A stretch of 64,000 nucleotides of DNA, from the NCBI RefSeq assembly GCF_006345805.1, contig NC_043006.1, positions 100,998,001 through 101,062,000 on the forward strand, written 5' to 3'. Positions 1 to 12,294 of this stretch are shown piece after piece. The position numbers and the translations under genes are program-made. Numbering within the stretch: position 1 is the stretch's first letter; each line of letters opens with the position of its first letter. The notes beneath the pieces were generated by a model that was not told the DNA's origin, did not search any database, and saw only the letters and a program-made list of their open reading frames with translations. The stretch is from Octopus sinensis. Taxonomy: Eukaryota.

Positions 1-610
1 TATATGCATGTATATATATGTATGAATGAGCACATCTGTGTGGGTGGGTGTATATATGCTTGCATCTGATATAGTTATTTCATTTGTTCGTTTTTACATC
101 ATTTTTACATCCATTTCCCCCTACGTATGAATACACATACGTGGGCATTATATACATGTGCATATACATAAATTTAATATAATATATATATATACACACA
201 TAAAAGAGGTATGTATATATATATATATACACATGCATAGTACAGATATATTTATATTTATTCATACAGACACAAATGTTTATATATCATCACTTTTTGT
301 ATGTATGCATAAGTGTGTAGAATATATGGATGTATTCATAATATATGTTTCTAAGTAGGTAAGTAGGTGTATGCACTGTACATGTTTATATGAATATCCA
401 TATGTTATATAAATATATATCTGTATAAACACACACACAGACACACACACACACACACACTCCTGTGCTTACACACACATATACACATATCTATATCTAT
501 ATATATGACATGCATGTGACTTTGAGAATATGTAAGCATATGTGTTGGCTTGTGTGTGTGTGTGCATGTATATGTCCATTTTACTTTGTGTTGCAGAATC
601 AATATTGTAA

Positions 611-641
<31 letters not shown>

Positions 642-678
642 AGTATATATATATATAAATATATATACATATATATAT

Positions 679-748
<70 letters not shown>

Positions 749-930
749 GTGTGTATGTGTATATGTACATATTTATGTACGTACATATGTGTGTGTGTGC
801 ATGTAACAGTAATAATCTAAATCCATATATGTGTATGTATAAATATAAAGAATGCATATACCCACGCACATATATATGTGTGTGGGTGTATATATATATA
901 TATATATACATACATATATGGATTTAGTTT
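1..930. repeat. (TA)n/(CA)n/(TG)n compound microsatellite field
   Basis: Near-continuous dinucleotide repeats. ORF-track peptides here are only YIYI/VCVC/THTH translations. Confidence 0.95.
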
Positions 931-1084
931 ATTATTGTTCGGTGTCTGCTTTCCTAGAATAACATAAACACTTTTAATAATTTCATTTTGTAAGATTTTC
1001 ACATACAAGTCCGCAACCCTTTCAAGTTCTGACATTATATTTCCAAAGAAATTTATTGTTATTGATGCCCTTTGACATGTTTCT

Positions 1085-1455
1085 TTCACATTGGCCAAAA
1101 CTTGGCTGAATTTATTGCTTCTTTTATAATGCTTTCTTTTTAGCTAAAATTTATCAAGATTTCATTGCTTCATATTTTAGTTTCTATTGGTTAAAATACT
1201 GTCTAGATTTATTGTTATTCTCATAATGCTTTATGATTGGCTAAACTCTACCCAGATTTTATTGTGTTTTGCTTAACCATCCTATTGGTTAAAATGCAGT
1301 CACGATTTATTAGGTTGTCTCTGATAATGGTTTATGATTGGCTAAAAACTATATAGATTGTTTTATTCTTATTTTTTTGTTTTCTTTTACAATTGGCTAA
1401 TATTTTGGATTTTTTTCTCTTTTTCTTATAATGATTATTATTGGTTGAAACATTC
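1085..1455. repeat. Degenerate ~50-bp tandem repeat, each unit carrying ATTGG(C/T)TAAA
   Basis: ATTGG cores recur near 1091, 1187, 1237, 1286, 1337, 1393 and 1440, mostly about 50 bp apart, in similar context (TTTATTG...ATTGGYTAAAA). Confidence 0.6.
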
Positions 1456-2329
1456 TCCAGTATGTCTGTATCCAAGACTATAAAAACCAGTGTGAAAGCT
1501 AGCTTTGAATTTGACATACATTTTCCAGTAAAATGTTCATCAATGAAAATAGACACATAAAGTTACAAATATGGCTCACAATTTTTTCCTTGTCAAGAAA
1601 ATGTTTCTCAATGTCTGTTTTTCAATATCCTAGAGATTAAATGTTAATTTTAATTTTGACAAATCAACCAGGAAATTAATACAGGATTGAGTGACATGCT
1701 AGAAATACCAACCAACCTTCCTTAAAATTACTTTCTACCATCTTAGAAGATGAGAAATATATTGGATAATGCGATCTTATACAAACTCTGAGTAGATAGA
1801 ATGGTCACAGCCAGGACACTGTGTAACAAGATTTTTGTCCTTGGGTAGGAACTGTTATTTCTTATTTCCTTACTCCTAGAAAGGATGAAAAACGGCCAAT
1901 ATTTCCTTCAAACTTTGCTTTTGTTACTTCTATTCAAACCCCAAAGAACCCGTCTCAACACATGGCTATGATGCTTCCCTGCTACTGCTGCTCATAATCA
2001 GAGATGCACGTATTGTTAGCCACAAAAGGACATGCTCAAGTAGTTATGGTCAAGCAACGGACAAGCAAATCTGTGTTATTGAGCAGAATAGTTTCTATAG
2101 CAATATTTCTGCTTGAGCAACTCGGTGCTGAATCTGTTTGAAATGTAATGGAAAATAGGTCAGTTTCAAAACATTGATGTCCAGGTCACAAAAGCAAAGT
2201 TTGAAGAGAAGAATTGTCATTTCTTCTGATTTCTAGATAGAAGCAAATAGAAAATAACACTTACTGACCAAAAACAAAAAAAAGACATAGGGTCTTCCAG
2301 TAGCTACCTTCTTGACCTAGAGCAGCACT

Positions 2330-2726
2330 ACCTCCTCCACGCACTTGATGTAGGCTCTGTGTTGAATCTGAGGCCATGTGGGAAGATGAATGGAGGCATA
2401 ACGTCACCATCACTAGTGGTTATTCCAAATACCATGGTGTTGACTGGATGTTTGATTTTTCTCACTCCCGGTACATATCCTCAGATTGCGCTGTCCTCAG
2501 ATTGACACCCAAACACTCTGAAATGTTCGTATTCGAGCTTCCAGCATGAAGGCCAAGCAGTACAGCATCTCATTTCCAAATTTCTGGCAGAGTGAATTGC
2601 ATCAGGGTGCTGTTTTTCTCTCAGACTGTGACCCAACTGACCCTACTATACTGTGTAGTTGACAAAATCAAAATCATGCACAAAATTAAAAATATAAAAT
2701 GGCGATAATTTACCCATCACACCCTG
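2330..2726 (-). mobile_element. 5' fragment of a DD37D/maT-like Tc1-mariner element
   Basis: Reverse complement of the 62999-63400 element, including the terminus CAGGGTGTGATGGGTAAATT and TA at 2727-2728. Confidence 0.8.
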
Positions 2727-2789
2727 TATATATATATATATATATATATATTACACAAAATGAGATAACAAAACCAAGGCTATGAGGAG

Positions 2790-3290
2790 TTTTCAGGACA
2801 TTTGTAAGGAAAAAGATATAGATATAGCCTTATAGCTGTTTCTGGGATACTATGAATATTTCTTCTTCAGAGACGATGTGAGATGGTTAAACAGAGGTAA
2901 GTATTTGAGCTCAAAATAAGGAATTATTATGGAAAAGGAGGAGATAGGGGATATAGGGGGAAATAAGAGAATGAAAGTAGAAATAAAATATAAAATATAT
3001 AAAAATATTGTCGTTAGATTTCCATTATTCGAGGAAAGTGGTGTATAGCAGTGGTAAAAAAGTTTCCGGTACATGGTAAGTTCCAACAGTAGTTCATGTT
3101 TAGTCATTTCAAAGTATGGAGCCATGGATTATGTATTGCTCAATCGAAGGGGTCTTAAAGTGTGAATGAAATTTTGAGAATGTATTGGTAGTATTTGTCG
3201 ATAGATGAGGTGGAGTAGAGACGTGTATGATTAGAATGAAGAGATAGGTCAAAATGAAAACAGGAGGAGAAAATAGAAGAGGATGTGTGG
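2790..3290 (-). mobile_element. Probable Penelope-like element 3' end / pseudo-LTR remnant
   Basis: Contains a minimal hammerhead-like fold (2827-2874). Upstream on the minus strand is a weak FIHTLRPLRLSN match to the GIY-YIG C-terminal pattern. Flanked by (TA)n and (GATA)n. Confidence 0.45.
2827..2874 (-). ncRNA. Minimal type-I hammerhead ribozyme-like motif (degenerate)
   Basis: Minus strand GTCT-CTGAAGA-agaaATATTcatAGTATccca-GAAA-CAGCTAT-A-AGGC: stem I GTCT/AGGC, intact core, near-palindromic stem III ACAGCT(G>A)T, weak outer stem II. Confidence 0.5.
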
Positions 3291-3294
<4 letters not shown>

Positions 3295-3389
<95 letters not shown>

Positions 3390-3411
3390 CAGATAGATAG
3401 ATAGATAGATA
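3295..3411. repeat. (TA)n-(GA)n-(GATA)n microsatellite
   Basis: Direct reading. Confidence 0.95.
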
Positions 3412-3737
3412 GTGAAGGCACATGGCTTAGTGGTTAGGGTATTCAGCTCATGATCATAAGGTTGTGAGTTCAATTCCTGGTGATGCATCATGTCCTTGAG
3501 CAAGACACTTTATTTCGTGTTGATCCAATCCACTCACCTGACAAAAATAAGAAGTACTCGTATTTTAAAGGGCCAGCCTTGTTACACTCTGTGTTATGCT
3601 GAATCTTCCTGAAAACTACGTTATGGTTACATGTGTCTGTGGAGTGTTCAGCCATATGCACGTTAATTTCATGAGTAAGTTGTACTGTTGACTGAATCGA
3701 CTGGAGTCCTCATTACCATAACCGACAGAGTGCTGGT
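3412..3737 (+). mobile_element. tRNA-headed SINE (family C)
   Basis: A-box-like TGGCTTAGTGGTTAG, B-box-like GAGTTCAATTCC, then CCTTGAGCAAGACACTT. The 3' body is shared with the SINE at 13215-13607. Confidence 0.8.
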
Positions 3738-3756
3738 ATATAAATATATGTATATA

Positions 3757-4305
3757 CAGGGTGTCCCAAAGGTCACCAATGGGTTTTAAATTTTAATAAC
3801 TTCCTTAACTTTACAAATAAATGCATGAAATTTTGATACAATATAAAAGACATAATGGAAATTAATATGCACAAGTCAAATTTTACAACACCACTACATC
3901 ACATGTGAAAAATGACATCACTTAAATGGCAGCCATTTTGGGCTTCACACACCCACCCTCTTTCCAAAACTTACACCATAACACCCTCAAGAGTTTCAGA
4001 CCCCACTTCACCGATTTCTCTATTGATGTACTCCTTCAGTTGCACCAGGTTCTCCAGTTTGTTGGGGGTAAACTCTCACTTTCAGGTATCCCCACAAGAA
4101 AAAATCTGGGCTAGTCAAGTCTGGGGAATGTGAAAGCCATTCAAAGTAGACCCCACACAGGGTTCCAGCAAGATGGGGCAACTGCTCATACAAGAGCAAC
4201 AATGCAGTTACTACGACAGGGCTTTGGAGAGAGAATAATTTCTCGCTACGGCAATGTCAACTGGCCTTCATGTTCCCCAGACTTGAATAGCCCGGATTTT
4301 TTTCT
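3757..4305 (-). mobile_element. DD41D/rosa-like Tc1-mariner fragment with an internal inversion
   Basis: TA + CAGGGTGTCCCAAA terminus at 3755-3770. Minus strand reads SPDLTSPDFFLWGYLKVRVY. Plus strand 4155-4305 reads QQDGATAHT...WPSCSPDLNSPDFFL with 40 residues between the two Asp residues. Confidence 0.8.
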
Positions 4306-4857
4306 TGTCTTGACACTACATGATGGTCGTAATGAAGACATGCCATTAGTTTCCTATCTATCCTGAAAAATATATCTTGCTTGGAAAAAGTACCTCAACA
4401 AATTCTATCTGGTTCATGCAAGTATGGAAAAGTGACCATTAAATCATTGATGATGATGATGATGATGATGATGATGTAACATATTTCTATTTGGTAACTA
4501 TAACAACAAGAACCAGATATTTGTTCCTTACTTTTGAAACAAGGCCACATATTTATAAGAGAGGAAGAAAGCAAGTGAAATCAAGAAAATTGCTTTTATT
4601 TTCTTTGATAGAATTTGATGGTTCATTGAACTCTTTGTTCTTGCTTTTAGTCTTCTATTGTTTGCAGTCATTCAACTGCAGCCAAGCTAGAGCAGCAAAT
4701 TCTACAAAAAGAAAAATTACATCAACCAAGAATATAACCTAAAATCAATATGGTTTCTCCAGAGTTTCTGTACATGTTAAATATGGTATAAAAACTAACA
4801 ATGTTGAGAAGACAAGTATCATTTTAATTTCCTTCAGTACCACCACATCACCACATA

Positions 4858-5485
4858 CTCTTTTACTCTTTTACTTGTTTCAGTCATTTGACTGTGGCCA
4901 TGCTGGAGCACCACCTTTAGTCGAGCAAATCGACCCTAGGACTTATTCTTTGTAAGCCTAGTACTTATTCTATTGGTTTCTTTTGCCGAATGGCTAAGTT
5001 ATGGGGACGTAAACATACCACCATCGGTTGTCAAGCAATGTTGGGGGGACAAACACAGAACAGACACACAAACATACACACACACTTACATATATATATA
5101 TATATATATACATGCATATATACAACAGGTGTATATAAGGCGGCGAGCTGGCAGAAACGTTAGCACGCCGGGCGAAATGCGTGGCCGTATTTCATCTGCC
5201 GTTACGTTCTAAGTTCAAATTCCGCCGGGGTCGACTTTGCCTTTCATCCTTTCGGGGTCGATAAATTAAGTACCAGTTGTGCACTGGGGTCGATGTAATC
5301 GACTTAATCCCTTTGTCTGTCCTTGTTTGTCCTCTCTGTGTTTAGCCCCTTGTGGGTAGTAAAGAAATATATATACAACGGGTTTCTTTCAGTTTCCTCT
5401 ACCAAATCCACTCACAAGGGTTTGGTTAGCCCAAGGCTATAGTAGAAGATACTTGGCCAAAGCGCCACGCTGTGGGACTGAACCC
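4858..5485 (-). mobile_element. tRNA-headed SINE family A, split by a family B SINE
   Basis: 3' half at 4858-5110 (GTCATTTGACTGTGGCCATGCTGGAGCACC) and 5' half at 5371-5485, matching the intact copies at 12295, 19756 and 37121. Confidence 0.9.
5137..5369 (+). mobile_element. tRNA-headed SINE family B (Meta-domain-like core)
   Basis: GGCGAGCTGGCAGAAACGTTAG head, GTTCAAATTCC B-box, core GTCGACTTTGCCTTTCATCCTTTCGGGGTCGATAAATTAAGTACCAG, tail TTAGCCCCTTGTGGGTAGTAAAGAAA. Confidence 0.9.
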
Positions 5486-5889
5486 AGTATTTCTAGCATG
5501 TCAAGCAACCACATAGAGGAACCACCATTGGCTTGAAAGGAAACTTAAGTGACAGGTAGTATTATTAAACCAGGCAGCTCCCTTGAGTAGCTGCCATGCT
5601 GGTTCCAAATTTCACTCGGAAATTTTGGTCAATCAAAGCTTTTGATGAGAGACATGATCTACAATTGGCATTGAACATGAAACCATGTTGCTGGGAAGTC
5701 AACATGTTAACCACACAGCCAGGCCGATGCATATTTATTCCCATGAGTTAAGATTATCTACTGTGATTTATTATCTCAGGATATTATATTCATTATGTTT
5801 ATCACAGACATATTATTATTATGTTCAGTTATCTATTTAATAGTTATATCATTAAAGTGTCATAACTTTTATTTTCCAGTCTTTATGGG

Positions 5890-6270
5890 AAATGGTTTGT
5901 GTGTATATGTGTGCATGTATGTATGTGTGTGTGTGTGTTTGTGTGCATGTGCCTGTGCATATGTGTGTGAGTGTGTGTGGGGGTGTGGGTGTGTGTATGT
6001 GTTTGTGTGTGTGTGTGTGTGTGTGTGCATATGTGATCATGTGCATGTCTGTGCATATGTGTGTGTGTATGAGTGAGTGTGTGTGTGTATGTGTTTGCGT
6101 GTGTTTGTGTGTGTGTGCATATGTGATTGTGTGTCTGTGCATATGTGTGTGAGTGTGGGTGTGTGTGTGTGTATGTGTTTGTGTGTGTTTGTATGTGTGT
6201 GTCTGTCCATGTGTACGTGTGAGTGTGTGTGCTTGTGTGCATATGTGTGTAAGTGTGTGCATAATTTTCA
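5890..6270. repeat. Degenerate (TG)n microsatellite
   Basis: Direct reading. Confidence 0.95.
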
Positions 6271-6554
6271 TTGGGTGTTTTTGTGTCTATGTAACAATGC
6301 ATGACTGTGAACATCTGTATGTTATTATAAGTATTTTCTATTGTAAGATGTGGGTGGTGCCTCTGCTTCTCATTGATCGAATGTAGTTTGCAATGGCTGT
6401 GTGTAAGAATATGTGCTTGTGACAGTGTGCAGTAGAGACAAGCTTAGGAAGGGGTAAATGTAACTGAGGGTAGTGTTGATGTAGCATGCCACATGTGTAA
6501 CGTGGATGTGTTTATGAATGTGTGCATAGGATTTTGTGTAGTGTGGATGTAGAT

Positions 6555-6682
6555 GTATTTTTGAATACATGTAGGTGTATTTTTGAATACATGTAGGTGT
6601 ATTTTTGAATACATGTAGGTGTATTTTTGAATACATGTAGATGTATTTGTGAACACATGTAGGTGTATTTGTGAATACATGC
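6555..6682. repeat. 22-bp minisatellite GTATTTTTGAATACATGTAGGT, about 6 copies
   Basis: Direct tandem copies with few substitutions. Confidence 0.9.
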
Positions 6683-7175
6683 ATGTGATTGTCTGTAGCA
6701 TGTAGTTTGGATATGTTTGTGTGGCAGTGTGGTAAGAAGTTTGCTTCCTAACTACATGGCTCTGGGTTCAGTCCCACAGTTTGGCACCTAGGGTGTCTGT
6801 TAGAACCTCTGACCAACCAAAGCTTTGTGAATGGATTTGATAGACCACCACCACTTGACAACCACTGTAGGGATTTTTACATCCCTATAACTTAGCAGTT
6901 CAGCAATCGAGACCAACAAAATAAGAACCAGACTTTAAAAAAATATAAGTACTGGAGTCATTTCATTCGACTAACAATTCAAGGTGGGGCCCCAGTTTGG
7001 CCTCTGTCTAATAACTGAAACAAGGAAAAGAAATGTGGTTGTATATAGTGCACATGTGACCAGTGACTGTATACAATGTTGGTGTGTTGAGAACACGGTG
7101 CTTATGCTAAATTTGACAGTTTGCATTAAAGGAAAAGAAAATACTATATCCCATCCAAAAATACAAGTATTTTAA

Positions 7176-7397
7176 CCCTTTCGTTACTGTATTTCTGTTG
7201 TGATATTCTGTGTTTCTTTCAATTACTTTAAATATAACAAAGAATTTAGTAAAATAACTTAGTTATCATTCAGCTCATGTTAGGAACATAAATTGTGACT
7301 AAGGTTTGGTGGAAGATTTTAATTCAGAACTTATGAAAAAACAAGACATTTGTACTCAGAGCCAGAGCTGGTTTCAGCTGGGTTGGTAACAAAAGGG
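7176..7397. mobile_element. piggyBac-type MITE
   Basis: TTAA (7172-7175) + CCCTTTCGTTAC ... GTAACAAAAGGG + TTAA (7398-7401): 12-bp TIRs with a TTAA target duplication, no coding capacity. Confidence 0.85.
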
Positions 7398-7439
7398 TTA
7401 AAACATCAAAACATGTCAACTGGACTGTGGCTGGGAGAT

Positions 7440-7915
7440 AACATTTAGTCAAACTAGCAACCCTCAGCTTCTGTGATGGCCTCAAGACAGCTCTGGAACC
7501 TGGGGCATGCGTTCCTCACTGTGTCCCTGGGAAGATCTACAAACACCACCTTGGTCTTGGTCACCAGCTCAGCTTTGGTGTTATAGGCAGAGTAGTTGGT
7601 ATCTTTCTCAACTACATCTCGCTCTAAGTAAATCCATGGGATTACAATCAGAGGAATTAAGAGGCCAGAAATTGGAGATGGTGAAGTCACAGAAATTCTC
7701 TGACAACCCCTTTTGACTCTTTCTTGGGGTATAGCAAGGAACCATATGCCGTTGCTACTTACATGGCCTTCCAGCAGCAACTCTCTCCAGCCAGAGTTTG
7801 ACCACAGCCTCCAGCAGCTTCACATAGCTGTGTGAATTGAGCCAAAGGCTCTTTTCAAAGATGTGGAGTAGCATATCACCCTCACAGAGACATACCCAAA
7901 GACCATTACCATCCT
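7440..7915 (-). mobile_element. DD37D/maT-like transposase fragment (pseudogenised)
   Basis: Minus strand reads MVMVFGYVS..., SENFCDFTISNFWPLNSSDCNPMD and ...RNACPRFQSCLEA across frameshifts. Homologous to 63250-63730. Confidence 0.8.
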
Positions 7916-8272
7916 TCTGGACATGGCTTCATAGTCTCTGTTGCAGCTGTCCATATCATGTGTTACAGCTTTTACAGCATTCACAGAGCATTGACTGGCA
8001 GTCATAATGTCGACATTTTGATATATGTTGCAAACCATGACAATAGAGTTAACTCTTTTCCAATATTTAGATGGCTTCCAGTCCTTCATATCAGTTGATT
8101 TTATCTCAACTACAACTTTAATCTCTATGTCTCCAACACATAAAAAAGGCGATGCCAACTCATCAAATTTAGCCCATGCACCCGGTAGATACAGGATATA
8201 CATGTAGATAGAAATAAATATTGATGTGGATTTATAGAGATATGGATATGGACTTATATATATATATATTTC

Positions 8273-8500
8273 AAGGTGGCGAGCTGGCAGAAACGTTAGC
8301 ACGCCGGGCGAAATGTGTAGCCGTATTTTGTCTGCTGTTACGTTCTGAGTTCAGATTCCGCCGAGGTCGACTTTGCTTTTCATCCTTTCGGGGTCGATAA
8401 ATTAAGTACCAGTTATGCACTGGGGTCGATATAATCGACTTAATCCGTTTGTCTGTCCTTGTTTATCCCCTCTGTGTTTAGCCCCTTGTGGGTAGTAAAG

Positions 8501-8505
<5 letters not shown>
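8273..8505 (+). mobile_element. SINE family B, full length
   Basis: Same head, core and tail as 5137-5369; flanked by (TA)n. Confidence 0.9.
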
Positions 8506-8542
<37 letters not shown>

Positions 8543-8945
8543 GTGTGTGTATACATATATACATATGTGTAGAAGGTAGAAAAGCAACACAAGTCGATAT
8601 GTATAAGGAAAATAAGACAAGGTAGAAAATGCTAAAATAATTTTATCGTGAAGTACATTTTTGTACATTGTAAAATATATTTATATATTTAGTTGGTATT
8701 GGAAAGGTCATCCAGCCATAAAAACCATGCCAAAACTAATAGAAGCAGGTACAGTCTTCTGCCTAACTAGCATCTGTCAAACCAGCCAACCCATACCTGC
8801 ATGGAAAGCAGACGTTAAATGATGGAGATGATGATGATGATATATACATATAGATATATACACATGCATATATAAATATATATACTCAGCATGTCATTCA
8901 GGACACACTAACAATCATATATATATTTTAACAGGGACAAAATTA

Positions 8946-10210
8946 TCAGGTCATCCCATAAGTTCTGTCCAAATTTTTAATAAAGTAAACAAGTGATCAA
9001 ATGTTATATTTAATTGAAATTTAATCATCAATGCACTTTCCCTGATTATCTATGACTTCCTTCCATCTATTTACAAGCTTTTTAATCCCATCAATGTAAA
9101 ACTCTTTTGGTTTCAAAGCGAAGAACGCCGAAATGTCAGTTTCGACCTCCTCCTGGCTTGCGAAAGCTATGTCCCGCAAATGATTCTGTAAACTAAGAAA
9201 CGAATGGTAGCCTGAAGGAGCAAGTTCGGGAGAATAAGGTGGATGAGGAATTTTTCCCAGCCAAGCTCTTCGATCTTCTGTGATGTGATCTTTGCAGTGT
9301 GGGGTCATGCATTGTCCTGATGAAACATCACTGCTTTTTGATTCACTAAAGCGGGTCTTTCTTCAAAGCTTGGTTCAAATGCTCTAATTGCTGACAGTAG
9401 ACTTGAGCATTGATTGTTGCATTAGGTGGTAACAATTCAAAGTGAATTACTCTTTTGCAATCCCACCAGATAGAGAGAAGAACCTTTTTCCCATGAAGTT
9501 CTCTTCTCGGTTGTGGTTGAGCTTTTTCCCTTTTACCAAGCCACTGTTTATGACATTTAATATTTCAATAGATGATCAATTTTCCATTATCAGTCACAAG
9601 TGAATCCAAAGAGATTGAAATGAGTTCGCAAGAATGGAGAGATGAGCAGATGTCAACTCGGGATTTGTGGTTGCTTTCGGACAATTCATGAAGCACCCAT
9701 TTTCTAAGTTTAGGAACTTTTCCAAGTTGTTGAAGATGACGATGAACAGTGGTATGGTTTGAACTAAGCTTTATTGCCAATTCTTCAACTGATAATGCAG
9801 GATTTTCTTCAAGTAATGCCTCAGGGAGCTCATCATCAAATTCAACTGGACGTCCTGTTTGATCTTCATCTTCAAGGCTGAAATCTCCACTTCTGAAGTT
9901 TGGAAACCATCTTCTGCAAGTTCTTTCATTCAAGCATTCTTTCCCATAAACTGAGTGTATGTTTCATGTCGATTCAGCTGCAGAGTTTCAATTTTTGTAC
10001 TCATAAAGCACTATGTGCCTCAAATGCTCTTTGGATACTTAATCAAAGAAATTTTAATTCTATTATTCAGTAAAATAATATTTAATTAGTTTAAATTTAC
10101 ACAAATGCATAAAAATAATTTCTAATTCCATTAGACATTCTAAAATACTATTAAATTTCATTCAATTTTAACAAAAGGTAAAATCGGACAGGACATATGA
10201 GATGAACTAA
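8946..10210 (-). mobile_element. Near full-length mariner (DD34D-type) with a decayed transposase
   Basis: Imperfect TIRs TCAGGTCATCCCATAAGTTCTGTCC / GGACAGGACATATGAGATGAACTAA with TA at 8944-8945 and 10211-10212; length 1265 bp. Peptides NERTCRRWFPNFRSGDFSLED, KWVLHELS and PHPPYSPELAPSGYHSF. Stops and frameshifts are present. Confidence 0.92.
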
Positions 10211-10256
10211 TAGATTATTGAAAGCCCAGATTTACAAACCAGACCTGGGAGTGTAT

Positions 10257-10570
10257 TTTTTGAGACATTTTTTTTTTGAAAAAGGCCATCAAGCTACAAC
10301 AGTTTAACATGAGTATTTATAGACAACAGCTTCAAAATGTATAACTTATCTTCCCAAATTACAAATTTAAGCTTGTTCTTATAATCATTGGTGCAGTTGA
10401 TTATGTTACTAAGTGATTCAATAATTGTTTAGAAAATCTTTTACTTTCAACTCAAAAAGCTGACAATGTAATATATATCCTACAAATTCAGTCATGAAAG
10501 GGACAGAAAAAATATGCTAAACCTTTATAAAGTTTAAAATGTCACTTTTTACTGTTTCTGTTTGCTAAAT
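10257..10570 (+). repeat. Copy 1 of a local ~310-bp direct duplication (empty SINE site)
   Basis: Nearly identical to 13144-13214 plus 13622-13865. Confidence 0.9.
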
Positions 10571-11754
10571 TTCACTGAGTGTTTGATTCTTAGTTAGAAT
10601 TCAGCCTCTTCTTTGTAGAAATAATTCAAAACAATTAAAAATGGAAAGTGACACATAAACTTAATGGCGTTACACACATACAAAAGAATTTAGAGTTCTA
10701 AAACAAAACCTGCTAATGAAGAAAATTGATGGTAAGAAGTTATATATTCAGAAAATGGCATCTAGAAAATGGAAATTGTGTTGGAACAAAATTACATCTA
10801 TAAAAATATGTGTTTCAAACATATTCTGAACTTAAAATAGAAATGGAAAATGCAAAAATAGACTTAACCAAACAAATGAAGAGATTCTACATAGAGAAGA
10901 TTACAGAATTAATTACATCAAAGATAAGATGAAACACCGTGGATGTAATGCAATTTGGATACGTGAATAAGTAATTTAATGATTACACTGTAGATCCATA
11001 GATAAATTGGCAAATAAGGATTCAGTTTATCTCCAAGAGATATTCTGTAGAGATTCTCCTTAAAGAAATTGATATATCTGATAAAGCATGTGATGCTTAT
11101 ATAAAACAATAAAGGCATAGAAAAACTAAGAAAATAATACCGTAAGTCATGTGATATGCTGAACAAAGGAATTTAGGAATAGAAGAAATCTAGACCTAAT
11201 CATTATGTATCAGATACCTAAAATGGGAAACAAAACACATTAAATATGCATTTATTGTTGCACAAAAACTATATATGATTACACAAAGAAAAAAACCATA
11301 TCAACTGCAGTTTTATCAGCATTTAAATTAATATATAATGAGACAAAAGAAAGCTTCTCTGTTAAAAGTAAGTATTATATAAATTACAATTGATTTCAAG
11401 AGACCAGTAATAGCAAAACCAGTACTTAATGCCATTAACAAAAGAAATAGAAGCAAAAACGAGAGAGAAACAGATGACAAAAGATGATTCTTGCACCTTA
11501 AGCTAATAATTATCTTACACTTCAAAAATTAATAAAGTTATTTGAATTGTTAAATGAACAGGTAATTTCATATTTCAATGGAAAAGTAAAAATTGGAGAA
11601 GTATCAACATAAACAGATCTTCGTATTCAATGAAGTAGGATAATTAATGCTAAATAATACTCTAAAAATTCATTAAAAGAAGTGATAAAATACTTTGTTA
11701 TGGAGTGTTACAATAATTATTTGATATTTAGGTGCAAACCATAAACACACATAC

Positions 11755-11965
<211 letters not shown>

Positions 11966-12067
11966 ATGTTAATCCAAACATGAAAACACCAAGAGAAACC
12001 ACAACGACGCGAGGACATGGAACAAGTGTAGTATTATTGGACGCTCAGGAAAGAAGGAAAGAAGGGG

Positions 12068-12104
12068 TGTTTAACATTTCGAGCGGAGCTCTTCGTCAGA
12101 AACA
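12068..12104 (-). ncRNA. Minimal type-I hammerhead ribozyme (Penelope pseudo-LTR type)
   Basis: Minus strand TGTTT-CTGACGA-A-GAGC(TCC)GCTC-GAAA-TGT-T-AAACA: perfect 5-bp stem I, intact core, 4-bp stem II, loopless stem III A(C>T)GT typical of dimer-forming PLE hammerheads. Confidence 0.7.
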
Positions 12105-12294
12105 TAGGAAAAGGAAAGATCCAAGGAAGGGAAGACGGAGGGAAAACAATCGCCAATGGTACACATGCAATATATATATATATATGTATATGTATACGTC
12201 AACAACACAAACAGCAGTGGGAGACATAGACACAATGACATACACATGTGTATGTGTATGTATATACATATGAATATATATATATATTTTTTTT

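Noticed and set aside
80-930. Many ORFs of 60-168 aa
   Set aside because: Translations of dinucleotide microsatellites. The same applies to the ORFs at 5795-6386, 11732-12002, 33366-33864, 38160-38798, 58420-59409 and 61165-62451.
6555-6682. CRISPR-like regular repeats
   Set aside because: Head-to-tail minisatellite without unique spacers, in eukaryotic context.
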